Of a stretch of 64,000 bases of DNA, positions 13,498 to 28,110 are shown in pieces. The notes below the pieces were generated by a model. That model saw only the letters and a list, made by a program, of their open reading frames with translations. It was not told where the DNA came from and ran no database searches. The DNA lies in contig OX597824.1 in assembly GCA_951406725.2 (NCBI GenBank), positions 62,434,001 to 62,498,000 of the forward strand, written 5' to 3'. The stretch's first letter is position 1. Every line of letters begins with the position of its first letter. The translations under genes were made by a program, and so were the position numbers. The stretch is from Octopus vulgaris. Lineage: Eukaryota.

Positions 13498-13818
13498 CAC
13501 TCATATTTTGGTACTGCGGACTAAAAGTGGGTAACATCGGTCTGATGAACCTGATAGTCCGTAGATACCGACACTAATATAGGTTATGTTAGAAGTAGTT
13601 ATATCAACAATTACATTACGAAAGACAAAGGAATAAATACAGTACTGTACTTTTAATTAAGCACACTATCCACTCTGGCAGTGTAAAATACATGTACACT
13701 GTAAATATACAATATAATAGAATAAATTCAACATATTCAATTTAAAATGAGACACCCCGATTTGTCAACTGCTTCCGAAATCCGCTAAAGAGAGGTCCGA
13801 AGTTCCGAAGTATGCGTG
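13498..13818. mobile_element. Putative Tc1/mariner-type MITE
   Basis: TA-cactcatattttggtact ... agttccgaagtatgcgtg-TA: 16/20 inverted match including the flanking TA. Confidence 0.45.
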
Positions 13819-14149
13819 TATACAGGTAAGTGTGTGGGGGTGTATTTGTGTTTGTGTGTATTTAGATGCATGTACGTACCTATGTGTGTATGTATGTATA
13901 TATGTATGTATGTACACAGTGGGTAGGTGAATGCAAAGGTAACTTAGTATAGATAACGCATTATAGCGCTCAAATAGATCCAGGACAATAACTCTAATAC
14001 CATATTTGATAATGAGAACAATCATTATCCTTTTATGAAGATAATTAGGTAGATAAATGCGTTCAGGCTTGATAGGCGTTCCTTCTTTACTTTAATATAA
14101 AACATGTAAACATTACTTGTTTTGTTTTTAATATTTATTTTACGGGTCT

Positions 14150-14985
14150 GATAATGAATGGCGAACAAATGCAATTAAACCCATTTAACGATAACCACAG
14201 AAAATGGGACTGCGTGCAAGGGCAACGGCCACAAAAAAAAATTTGTTGGTCCTTCACAAAGCACCATCAATTGACACTTTCATAAGCCCCGCCTTGAGAA
14301 CAGATATTGCTGAGAAGCTCCACATAAATTGTCAATAAAGAGATTCAGCAAATTTCAAGCAACTGTTTTCAAATCTTCAAGATGCCCGTTTTTGGCGTCA
14401 TTTTGGCCAATTGTAAATGTGGATGAAGAATGGATCTATTTTTGAATTTCATATCAGAGAAATCACTTTTTGGTTGTTATCATTTTCACAAGGTCTGTGT
14501 GTAGGCATTTTGTATACCAAATTTTTTGAGAAAGAAAAAAATAGTCAAGATTAAATGCAAGGTATATATAATTGAGTTTTTAAATGAGTGAAATAACAAG
14601 TAATTTAAAACGTGACATTTCATGTGAAACAGCCTAATAAACTACTGCTCAAATAAGCTTTTGTAGCAGGCCATGTCAGCTTAAAAAGTAAAGAATGATG
14701 CATAAAGTATTTACAGAAAAATACGTAATTGATTTATTTGGGAATGTTGGGGGATATCTCCGAGCATTCCATCTTAACTCAGTGGTGGAACATCGTGAGG
14801 AACAGTGGACGCGAAAGTTTCTAGAAACTGCTTTTTAGAACTTTAGCATAACAGTGGAAATGACAGAATCTTGAATCTTTGATTTAGGCAACCCAAAAAG
14901 CAATATTTGGCTTACATAACACGTGTTTATACATTTCAATTTTAAAATATTTACGAAGAGTCAGAAACTTTTGCATCATAGTCTT
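14150..14985 (+). mobile_element. Highly decayed mariner transposase remnant
   Basis: attgtaaatgtggatgaagaatggatctat encodes IVNVDEEWIY, like mariner IVTGDEKW. WVPH-like remnant near 14247 and a mariner-like end (gaaacttttgcatc). Confidence 0.5.
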
Positions 14986-15702
14986 TAAAATGGAACTATC
15001 AGCCATGTATAAAATGCTACAAGCAAAGCAAAACAAGCCATTAGCTCCAAGACATTCACAGAGTTATCAGACAAGAAAGGTCATTCAACTCCGTATTCGT
15101 TTTATTGTTACATAAACATTCCAGTCACCAATACAATCCTAGGTGACGTCACGGCTATAGGAATAAATTTGTTTGAAAGAACTATTTGCCAACATATGTT
15201 TGATCAAAAGTGTCTTACTGCGTTTTCAGAAACGTGAAGAGAAACTAGCAACTAATGTTTGATTCCTATAAATATACTTTTTTGGTTTGAGTGAAAGATG
15301 GTTTATTTTTCTTTTGCGGACAAACCGTTCCAGCTAGTTCCTTGAGATATTACCAGATTACGAATTGCAGCTACAGTTTGCATTGACTATAGCAGCTTAC
15401 ACTGTTCCCTTGCTAGTAATATATTTATAATAAGAATTAGTGGCTAGATTAAAGATGGAGGTGGTCATTGTTAGGTTTTTTTCTTATTCTTACATTGATA
15501 TTGCATAACTTCTGCTATGGTGCCCTAATCGTTATAACAAAATAACTGAAGATAACTTCGGATAGCTAAGTCGTCGTCGGACTACGGTGTATTCACGCTA
15601 GTCTTGGCTTTATATTTTCTCTGTTAAGTTAAAACCGTCTTTGGTCACGAGTGGACTGCCATCATATATATATATATATATATGTGCGTGTGTGTGTGTA
15701 AG

Positions 15703-15746
<44 letters not shown>

Positions 15747-15869
15747 TATATTCATGTATATATATGTGTGTGTGTGTATGTGTGTGTGTGTCTATAAAAA
15801 TATGTATACACACGTATAAAATGCGCTGTGCACACGTGTGTGTGTGGGGTAGTTGTATATGTGTATATG

Positions 15870-16030
15870 CATTCGTAGTCTGACTGAGTGGTTAAGTATT
15901 TCACTTCGCAACATCGAGGTCTTGTGCTCGATCTGTTATCGTAGCATGTTGCGTATGTTTTTGGCCTCGAGATGTCAGATATTTAATGAGTGACATGACG
16001 TAAAGGAAAATTGCATAGAAATCCACCAGG
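15870..16030 (+). mobile_element. Old CORE-like tRNA SINE remnant
   Basis: tgactgagtggttaag head; loosely colinear with the 61707-62106 family. Confidence 0.45.
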
Positions 16031-17108
16031 ATTGCTTGCACTTATAATTTAAACTGTAAGGACTCAAACTACATTCTATCTAGACGAATCTGCTTGAGAA
16101 TTATCCCCCGCTAAATAAAATCGAACAGACAGGGAACAATTCATGCGTGTGCGTGTGCGATGTACGTCTGAGTATTTGTCTGTGTGTGGAGGTATTGAAA
16201 TCTTTACCTGGCATTATGAAGCTTACGTTTTACATGTGTAAATATCTTTTGAAATATAGTTAGTAAACCGTCTAATGTTATTAAATCATTACGTCTACAG
16301 TTTATATTTTAATCCTATATTCTCCGGAAATTCTTTTAATACTAACTTCCAAAGTCAAATTGTATTTGCCCATTATCACCACAACATCTGCACATCTGGT
16401 AACAGGGAATCCAATTTATATTGTTAACTGATGCTAAATTGATGTGACAACACAGTTTTACTCGCAAATGTGTATCTGTGTTGCACTGAAATTACATCCG
16501 AAAGGCATTCAATTTCTACGATTAACAAATAATTGAATTGTATGTATACAGAACTGCCTTTACATTAAAATTTCCGTTAAATGCGTGGATACATGTATTC
16601 CAGTATGTACAATCTCGTGTCATACATGCTTGCATGTTGTGTGTACGAATGTTTTATCGGAAATGAATGTGCATGATTAAAATAAAAGTAATTCGTGTTT
16701 TAATTTTCAAAGAAGAAATCAAAAGCGATCGAAAAAAGAAAATAATTCCTAATGGCATAAAAGCTCAATACTACCCTACGATGTTATAATGCGATGAATT
16801 CTTAAAGGTATAAAAGTGTACATAATTTTCTTTACAAATTCATGAAAAATATATTAATCAAATGAGAATCATTTAAGTAATTTTGTAAAACATTCAAATG
16901 ATGTAAAAGAGTTTTAATAACTAATTGCTCATGAAGTGATTACATTCTCAACAGGAGTATGGAAATCTGTATTTGTTTGTCAGTTGAGAAATTAAGTTTT
17001 GAAAAGAAAACAAACAACGGAGAAAAAAAATGGAACTTGCTACTTAATATTTCTCCAGTGAATGGATACGATTATGAAATATTCTATTACATTCACTGGA
17101 CTCCAAAT

Positions 17109-18420
<1,312 letters not shown>

Positions 18421-18779
18421 CCTGTGAGATCCATTAAGGTAGAGTCCAAAAAAGTACGAAGATCCAATGTTAATCTGGGTGGAGTGCTGATATGTGGATG
18501 AGGAGAGGTGCTGAAAGGTCTGGAAGTGGTTAAGTTATGCGAGTCCAAGACAGTGGGAAGTTCAGCCAGGATCAAACTGGTATGACCGTGTGAGCTTATA
18601 ATATACAGTTCAAATATATAGAGCAAGATAAGACAGATGTAAGAACAACATGCAAGTGTATTAGCTTGGATCAGTCATTTACATTTCGAGTCTACGCACT
18701 TCGACTGAAAGGAATAAGAGGAAATAAAGAGAGAAATAATTAAAACAAACGGCATATTAGACAACTTAAATCAACAGGC

Positions 18780-18945
18780 ATTGTTTTCATTCTAACTCTA
18801 TTTTCTCTCATTCCTTTCTCTCGTGGATCGTAATCTTGAAACGTAAAAGATTGTTCCATTTTTCCCGAGCGTCAAACTAATACACCTGCTTGTTGTTCCC
18901 ACACCTATCTTCGCCTTTGTTTTTCTATAAATTTGAACTATATAT
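18780..18945 (+). mobile_element. Decayed PLE-like terminal repeat ending in (TA)n
   Basis: gaaacgtaa...ccgagcgtcaaactaatacacctgcttg parallels 28929-28985 (gaaatgtca...ccgagcggcatgctaatacatttacttg). Confidence 0.45.
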
Positions 18946-18964
18946 ATGTTACAGACAGATAGTA

Positions 18965-19078
<114 letters not shown>

Positions 19079-19090
19079 TAATAATAATAT

Positions 19091-19708
19091 TAAACGCAGA
19101 ATGTTTGGTGAGAGGGTTGAAACAGTATGGCACAACGCGAATGTAAAATACGACATGACAATGTGGCAAGAATGATCCGTTGAGAACTCTGTGGAAATCA
19201 CGGCATACAAAGATCAAAGACGTGATATGAGGAAACTCTAGAAGGAGTTACCGCGGATGAAAATTGCAAAATCCTGTGGGATGTAATGATTCAGTGTTAT
19301 CACCTTACCAGACTTTGTCGTGTTGAAAAAGAAAAGAAAGAGCATGCACGATAATCGACATAGCATTTACTGGTGACCACAGGATCAAAAAGAAAGAACT
19401 AATGAAAAACTATGAGTATTTGAAGTGGGACACGAAGATTGTGGTCAATGAGTAGACGTGATACCAGTAGTGACTGGCGCATTTGGAAGTACCAGCACTC
19501 ACCTACCAACATGCCTCAAGAAGATCGGTAAAAATGTAAAGTTAGAACACCTGCAAAAATCTGCATTGCTTGGAGCTGCAAGAATCCGTCGCAGGATTCT
19601 TGAAGCATGATCAGTAAACAATTGTCACCTTAGTCTGCTGGCTGCGGACAGCTGACACTTTCTATCATATCCAACACAATAAGCTGTGAGTTTTCATCAA
19701 ATAATAAC
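19091..19708 (+). mobile_element. Dong/R4 LINE 3' fragment (CCHC knuckle + RLE endonuclease)
   Basis: Remnants GERVETVWH, RHDNVARMI, ILWD, IIDIA, PVVTGAFG, LQKSALLGAARIRRRILEA*. Follows (CTA)n/(TAA)n at 18965-19090 and ends in aataataa. Confidence 0.85.
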
Positions 19709-20805
19709 TGTAATTCAGAGACCTGAAAAATGTCCGTTAAATAAGCAATGCCTTAAAAACAATATATAGCATTGATGGCTGGTTGTTACTCTTTGCCATT
19801 ACATAGGATGTTGCACAAAACATTTCAATTCTTGATTTTATAACCACGTCTCATGATTTGGCACGGGAAAAAAGAAATCTCATTTCCACTGAGCAAGCCA
19901 ACTTCGCAGCTTAATCTAAGCAAAATGAAGTATAATACTAACTGCTCGATATTAAGCAAGTGTACCACCCCATGACGTAGGAAAAACGAGATGTAAACTT
20001 TGCCTAGAAGAGTCATTATTAATACTTACGTCTGAGTATAGGACCATAAAAGCCAGGAATTAGCGTTTCGATGTAAATGTATTTACAACAAAACCTTTAG
20101 ATTATTCCCCAGATAAAGAATCATAAGATGAATTAGATATGGTAACACCTGTAAACCTTACTGGTGTAATAGATTGTGTATGATACATACTTACATTAAA
20201 TGGCAGTCTTAATTCTTATTAGTTACCAATAAATTTCATTACAAATGTCTTTATTTATATGACAAGAGGATTCCATTTATGTTATGCTTCATTTTTCTAT
20301 ATCCATTCCATTATTCTCCCATTTTATTTTCATTGTATTTTACTTAAGTTTCTGTATCGCCTTCATGGTTTCATGTTTATTTTATTTTGTTTTGCCTTGG
20401 TTTGTCTTTTTCACTTTGCACCTGTGTAATTTATTATACCAACCATTTTATGAATGATAGCTTAGCATATCATTGCAATCGGATTAATGATACCTAGTCA
20501 TATATTTCAGGTCTTATCTAATTTTCGTGTTACTGTGGCATTACTTATTATAGATATTTAATTCCTGATTACTAACACTAAATTAACAGTAATCTGTTAA
20601 ACATCATGTACTTATATGAATTCCTGTGACAAATTAGATATATTTTAATACTTCAAATTTTTAAAAAATTAGAAATACCCTAGATGCCTAAGTATATTTT
20701 CAATCGATCAGTCGATTTACTGATTAAACTTAACCATCAATGCACCAAAAGGGAATATACGAAACAGCTGTACAAATGAATGTATAAATGCCATTTCTTT
20801 TGCCT

Positions 20806-20810
<5 letters not shown>
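19709..20810 (+). mobile_element. Penelope-like element 3' part, Naiad-like GIY-YIG
   Basis: In frame from 19731: CPLNKQCLKNNI...HYIGCCTKHFNS*FYNH; later RCKLCLEESLLIL. AT-rich 3'UTR ending at (TA)n, with a hammerhead-like remnant. Confidence 0.7.
20716..20777 (+). ncRNA. Degenerate minimal type I hammerhead ribozyme
   Basis: CTGATTA (G8 mutated) ... GAAAC-AGCT-GTA with the palindromic stem III loop typical of PLE hammerheads. Stem II not intact. Confidence 0.45.
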
Positions 20811-20840
<30 letters not shown>

Positions 20841-20844
<4 letters not shown>

Positions 20845-21198
20845 CTCGTGTTTTCCGTGTTGAGGTTAAGACCTCCTCTGACCTTGTATTGAATAAGCAT
20901 TTCCTAAGAGAATATTCTATCGATTTTGTTGATATTTTACACGTGAAAAAGGCCAAAAGCTGCAGGAAAAATAACGTCGTTATGGGACTTTCCATTCAAA
21001 CGCCTGATGAAGCTCACAAAAATCGATGCCAACTAGGGATTATCGAGTTTTCGAAAAATTCCGGCCTTATTTTAACTTCAGGTCATGTGATCTACCTATG
21101 TACCAAATATCAATATAATCGGTTTGACGGTGTGGGGGAGTTACAGTAACCCCAAACACTCATACAAACAGACACCATTACACATTTTTATATATAGC
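20841..21198 (+). mobile_element. Helentron/DINE-like non-autonomous element
   Basis: Follows (TA)n. Ends tgtaccaaatatcaatataatcggtttgacggtgtggg...acaaacagacac...ttttatatatag. Confidence 0.45.
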
Positions 21199-22792
21199 TA
21201 TATATCATATCATATCTATCTACACACGCACACACACACACACACACTCACGTGAACTTCCACAAAAAATTCCAATGAAACTGATATTCAAAAACAAAAC
21301 ACTATATTTCAATCCTGACTAGTTTCATCTACCGTGTGTTTAAGTTAGCGATAAAGTTGTTTCAGTATCACATTCAGTTACTGATAACTATTTTTCTATT
21401 GTCAACGCTATTTGAAGAAACATGATTTCATTGGTTTCATTACCTGTCATAACTATGCAATATTTCTTAAATCTGAAACACTTCGCATTATTCGATTTTA
21501 AAATTCAAATTCTTTACGTTACTTTTTCTGTTATTGCCTACCTGTCGATTAGATTATGGAAAAAGTTGCATTCTACATTGGGGGTGTATAGTTTTACTTC
21601 ATGATTGATGGCTTTGTGTCAATTGCAATGTTATTTTTGATACCTGTTCCATAACTTATTTATTCCTTCAATGCACAGACTCGGCATACATTTTCAGCCT
21701 GTGTACAGCGCTATCTGCTGCGCTCTCAACTACCATAGCAATTTCTACTTTTGTTTTCTTTTTCTTTTCCGTGAGCTTTGGGAATGTTTCAGTTAAACTG
21801 CTTGCTGCACATTCTTCATAAATCTCAACATAATCAGTGTGTTACTAATCATATCATCTGTGCGTCTGAAGTCACAATTTATTGATATCGGTATTGATTC
21901 CGCCACAAAATTGACACTATTCATTCCATTCTTTCGGTAGCGGCTGAAAAATTTAACACACAAGCAATGATTTCTCTCCGCATCAATATGAGCAGTCAAG
22001 TTCCCACTGTGTCAAATACTTTACGGTTTGTGTAATATTTTGGCACCATCAAAGTATTTGTCAGCTTCAACTACCAATTCTATTGAAAAATATTTTATCT
22101 CTTCCAGGGTGATTTTATTCAAATTGAAATAAGTCGCCAACTTGGCCACACATACTTTCCACAATTCTCTCCGTGGCCTTGACTGTAAAATAATCGGAGC
22201 TTATCTGTCCAGTTTTTTTCCCTTAAATATTGGCAAAATTTAAAATATTTGTCATCACCGTTAAAAAGTTTCGTAACTTTTTTTATTGTTACTTTAAAAA
22301 AGTTTTCTTTTATCGTTGATGCCATTTTTGATTTTATTGTGCATATTTCTTCGTCGCAATCCGAACTGAAATGTAAGAAAAAAACAAATATATATTCTAC
22401 AATGACAAAGGAATATTATAACATTGAACAGGAATCAATGAGCTTCAATATTCAAGTGTCAATTTTGATGCAGACAATGCTACGAATATGAACACTTCAT
22501 TTTGCACGCGTTTTCCACGTGTCTACACAGCGTCACAACAATCGGGATTCCTTCTCGTAGCTTGGGCGCCAATTCGAAACCCCACATTCTACCATCTCCT
22601 CCCGTCTTACTCCACCCTCCTATGAGCAGCGTGTGTCTTCCATCATTTGTGACGGCATGTCATCTTCCGCACTCCCACCAACCTCAAAGTCTGCATTCTA
22701 ACATCTATTTCCTTACCTAAATCCACGAAACCGACAACCCCGGCAACCCCATAGTTTCCCCCTGTAACTGTCCCACAACTTATTTCCAAATG

Positions 22793-23226
<434 letters not shown>

Positions 23227-23782
23227 GAGTGAGGGAGCAATGCATGCCATCAAAGTGACACTGGCGTAAAATATAGAAGCCCAGTATACCCATCATGACT
23301 ACCCGTCTGATAAGGATACTCTAGGCACATGCATCACAGCCATATGTGCGTGACATGGTGATCTCATATCAAGGTAAACAGCACATGACCTTGCAGGTGA
23401 GACCCAGTTAGAATTTTCTTCTGGTCGAGTAACCCATGTCGCTCAAAAGGTCCCTGAATAAGGGTTCTTTAAGGATGTTGAACGAAACACCTATGTTTGC
23501 AGAGGTGAATTATTCAAACCCCAAAGAAGCCCTCTCAACATATTGCTATGATGCTCCCAACTACTTCTGCTCGTGATCAGAGATGCACATATCATCAGCC
23601 ACTAAGGGACATGCTCAACTGTTTAAGGTCAAACAACTGACGAGCAATTCCGTTGTATTGAGCAGAATATTTGCTGTAGCCCATCTTTTATAACAAGACA
23701 AAACAATGTCCATGATATCACTTCCAATCAGTTAAGATTAGAAGCCATGAGAGCGACTGCCTGGTGCTACATCAGGGCATTT
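23227..23782 (-). mobile_element. 'Element A', full-length (~555 bp)
   Basis: Non-coding, flanked by (TTA)n on both sides; three further copies or fragments in the window. Confidence 0.85.
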
Positions 23783-23792
23783 GTTATTATTA

Positions 23793-23926
<134 letters not shown>

Positions 23927-23932
23927 TTTATT

Positions 23933-26900
23933 CAGTAATTTTTATTTTTATAGCGTGTTTTCACTTCACTACCGAGCGCTGCTCTGTGTGCCTTGGGTAT
24001 GTGCTGTGATTTGTTGTGATGCTCTGATGGTTATTGTATGGAAAGTGTTCTGCGTAGGATGTGTGCAGTGCCTAGTAGTGCAATTTTCTGTATATCATAT
24101 GTGTTTGTAAGTCCTGGTGTTTTTGTTATGTATTTGTCTGAATATTTTTTAGCATGCCTAATGCACCTACTTTGATAGGAATTGTTTCTGTTTTTAGATT
24201 CCACATTATGGTTCCCTCTATTTCCAGGTCTTTGTATTTTGAAAGTTTCTCCATTTCTTTTAGAGACACGTTGTTATCTGCTGGTATTGATACATCAATT
24301 AGAAAGCATTTTTTTCTTCATGATCTCTGATAACTATATCTGGTCTTTTGAACTTAATTTCTCTATCTGTGTGTATCGGCATATCCCAGAGTATGGTTGC
24401 TTTCTCGCTTTCTGTGACCCTTTCTTGTGTGTGCCTATACCATCTTTTTTCTGTTGTTATTCCATAATGTTGGCATAAATTCCAGTGTATGTAGGTCCCA
24501 ACTCTGTCATGTCTGTGAATATATTCCTTCTTAGCCAGGACTGGGCAGCCACAGATAATATGATTTATTGTTTCTTGTCCATCTCCATATTCTGCAGTTA
24601 CATTTTATATTTCATTTCATTACATGTTTTTGGTAATTTCTGGTAGGGAGGCTTTGGTCTTGTGCTGCAATTAAAAATCCCGCTGTCTCTGCTTTGAGTC
24701 CTGAGCTTCTCAACCATTGCTGGAATTTTTCTTTGTCTGTTCCTTTTGCATTTAGTTTAGTCCAGTATTTATCATGAAGGGGCTTTTCTTGCCATCGTTT
24801 TATCATGGTTCGTTGCTGTCCTAGTTTTAGTTTGGATTGCATTTGTTTTATAGCTTTTGTTGTTTCTTCATCTTCTTCTTCTTCTTCATATTTGCTAGGT
24901 GGTATGATTTCTTGTTTGTATTTGTCAGCTTCCTTAAATACTGAGTACAGTTTTTTGCTTTGCTCGTGTCTTGCCGCTATTTGTATCAGTTTTCCTTCCT
25001 TCTGAAGAAGATATTTTTGCAGTCCTATGGCGGTTATTTTATAGTAGTTTTCCAGCTGTATAAGGCCTCTGCCACCTTCTATACGTTGTATATATAGTCT
25101 TTCTATGTCAGATTTTGGGTGATGCATCCTAGATCCTGTCATTATTTTTCTTGTTTTCCTATCTATTTTGGTCAGTTCATTAGTGTCCAGTTAAGGATAT
25201 TGTAGCTGTAACTTATAACTGGGACGGCTAAAGTGTTAATGCCTGTTATTTTGTTTTTAGTATTGAGCTCTGATATTAGTATTGATCTAACTTGTTTATA
25301 TTATTCTTGTTTTATTTTCTCTTTCGTTTGTGTGTGTTGTGTCTTATCTAGTTCATGGATTCCTAAGTATTTGCAAGTTTGGCTTTGGTTTATTTCTCTT
25401 ATTTCATTGGTTTTATCTAGTATGATGTTGCTACTCTTAACTAGTTTTCCTCTTTTCAGGATTACTTTGGCGCATTTTTCTAATCCAAATTTCATATCAA
25501 TTTCTTTGGTAAATCCATGAACTGTCTTTAGTAGTGTTTCCAGCTGTTTGTCCTTTGCAACGTATAGTTTTAGGTCATCCATATACAAAAGGTGGCTGAT
25601 CATTTTGCCGTAACATTTATATCTGCATCCAGTTCTATTTAGCATATCAGATTGAGGTGACAGTGCCAAGCAGAAAAGGAATGGAGAGAGTGTGTCTCCC
25701 TGGAATATTCCTCTTCTAATGGGGATGGTTTTGGTTTTCATGAGTCCCTCTTTTGTTTGGAGCTGTAGCACTGTTTGCCATTTATTCATAGAGTGTCCCA
25801 TGTATTTTATAATTGTTGGTGCTACTTTGTTAATGGCTAGTGTTTCGAAGATCCATGTGTGGGGGATGCTATCAAACGCCTTTCTGTAGTCGATCCATGC
25901 CATACTGAGGCCTTTCTTCTTTCTGTGGCTGTCTTCGGTTATGGCTTTATTGATCATTAGTTGATCTTTACAGCCGTATGAGCCTTTGCGGCATCCTTTC
26001 GTCCAGGTGCTTGTTTAATTTTTTGTGATATTACTGCAGTAAATGCTTTGTACATTGTAGGGGGGGGCAGGTTATAGGTATGTAGTTTTCTGGTTTTGCT
26101 GTCTCTTTGGATTTGGGAATTAAGATGGTTTTTCCTCTTCGTGAGCCACTCAGGCATTGTCTCCGGCTCTGCCAGTATGTTGTTAAATCCTTCAGCCAGC
26201 TTTTTCTGCATTCCTGGTAGATATTTCAACCAGAAGTTGGGGATCTTGTCATGCCCAGGTGCCTTCAAGTTCCTTAGTCTTTGCAGTGCCTGGGTTACCT
26301 CTTCAGTTGTTATGGGGGATCAAATGTTGCTCAGATGCTATGTTTGTTGTTTTAATACTCCTTTTTTTTGTTGTTCATTCGCCGACCATATTCCTTTCCA
26401 GTATTCTTCCACTTCTTCTGCCGTTGGTGCAGCAGTGATGTCTATTTTATTCTTGCCAAGTTCTTGGTAGAACATCTGGGGGTTGAAGGTGAACTGTTTG
26501 TTTTGTTCAAAGAAACGTTGGCGTTTCACATACCGGCGGATCCTTTGTGCTTTGCCAAGGATATCTTGCTTAAGTTTTTCTTTTATCTCAGGTAAATCTT
26601 TTTCCGTGATGTATTTGCACAGTATTTTTGTTTTTTTTTTGTTGCTTAGTAGCGTTGATTGTCTACTGATTTCATTAAGAATCGACAGACCTTTTCCCAT
26701 GTTGTTTTGTATTTTGTTTTGGATGTTATTTATCCACAGGGTTTGTTTGGGAGGGGGTATTCCTGTTTGGATCGGTTTGAGAGAGTATCCAGCTTCTTTT
26801 GTGGCTGCAGTGGCTGCTGCATATACTAAGTCATTTAGCTCAGTGATATCGCTATTTGTTTCAGTGGCTATTAGTTCTGTGATGGCTAGGTTTATGCTGT

Positions 26901-27712
26901 TTATAATTGATGTTGTTGTTTTGTCTATATTGATTTTTGGGAGGTATGGTCGATGGTCCATCTTGAGATCTGTGTTTTTCAGTTCTTTAATTATTCTACA
27001 TTTTATAGTATCATAATCATTAGGCTCCTCTTCGTTGTTTCTAGGTTCTTATGTTCTTATGTTTGTCTGTTGTGTTTTGGCTTGCTGCTTGTCGTGCATT
27101 ATTATGCATCCTTACGGTTTGGGTCTGTTATTTTTTGTTTACATCGTTTTTGTTGGGAATGTTACGTTTGTTTTCGTGTTTTGCTATCTCAGTGTTCATA
27201 TTATTTAGCATTATGGTGTGGCTTGTATCTACATTTTCCTGATGTATTTTTTCTTTTAAATGTTCTATTTCTATTTCCGATATTTTTTTTTTTTTTTGCG
27301 TTGAGAATATATCTTCGTACGTTAGCTAGTTTATTAGGGTTCATTGCTGTATCCAAGTCTATATTTATGTTATTTTCCTTACATATTTTATATGTATGTG
27401 TTGTTGTGTTTTCATTCTTTGGGTAGAGCATTGCTGTAAAGTAAGCGTGTAGGATAGAAATGTATTCCTCAAGTGTCCATTTATGTATTTTTGGTTTTAT
27501 TTGCGGGACATGAGAAGCAACGTCCGGCCCATTATTTTGACGGTCGTCATTTTCGTAGGGTACCGGTCCGTTCATTTCTGTTGTCACATTGTTTTGCACG
27601 TGCAGTTTTTCGTACTTTCTGTGTAACAGGTTCAAAGTACGTACTTCCCGATTGTTATTCTTGGGTTGAATAATATCGGTGTTATTTAATTTCTTCGTAA
27701 TTTTTTCTGTTG

Positions 27713-27717
<5 letters not shown>
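23933..27717 (-). mobile_element. Near-full-length Dong/R4-clade non-LTR retrotransposon (family B), frameshifted
   Basis: Colinear ORFs 27201-27635, 26338-26961, 25957-26268 (KAPGHDKIPNFWLK), 25301-25957 (WIDYRKAFDSIPH, GIFQGDTLSP, HLLYMDDLKLY) and 24612-25142 (HPKSDIERLY, GGRGL, AAQDQSL). Then CCHC remnant, RHD, RPD and GTAHILRRTLSIQ* (stop 24031-24033). (TTA)n on both sides. Confidence 0.95.
25301..25957 (-). pseudogene. Reverse transcriptase core of the Dong/R4 LINE
   Basis: RT motifs DYRKAFD, QGD.LSP, YMDD and KYLG in one open frame. Confidence 0.95.
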
Positions 27718-27807
<90 letters not shown>

Positions 27808-27811
<4 letters not shown>

Positions 27812-28110
27812 TAAATACCTGAAATTTGGCCCTGGCATTTATGGAGTGAATTTTAGGGCTTATAAATCTAATATTTTTGTATCCTTCCTTAATACCGGTT
27901 CCCATATACTATTCATATCTGCACTCGGTCTGCTTATGACTATGTTGTGTCCTAGCATATGTGCTGCTGCTTTTAGTTTTCGCCTTTTCCAGTGGTGTTC
28001 TCTGTCTATTTTTTTAACTTCATCCCACAGGGGGAGGTGGTCTGCATTTTCTCATACGTGATCAGCTATACCCGGTTGATCAATATCTTCTCCTGCCATA
28101 CCTTTGCACA
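27808..28110 (-). mobile_element. Penelope/Poseidon-like GIY-YIG C-terminus plus start of 3'UTR
   Basis: Minus frame PGIADHV*ENADHLPLWDEVKKIDREHHWKRRKLKAAAHMLG...IWEPVL (not in the ORF track). Ends ...acctg-(AAT)n. Confidence 0.75.

Noticed and set aside
13542-13580. CTGATGA hammerhead candidates (also 2011, 21004, 51240, and CTGAAGA at 15546)
   Set aside because: No correctly placed stem II plus GAAA.
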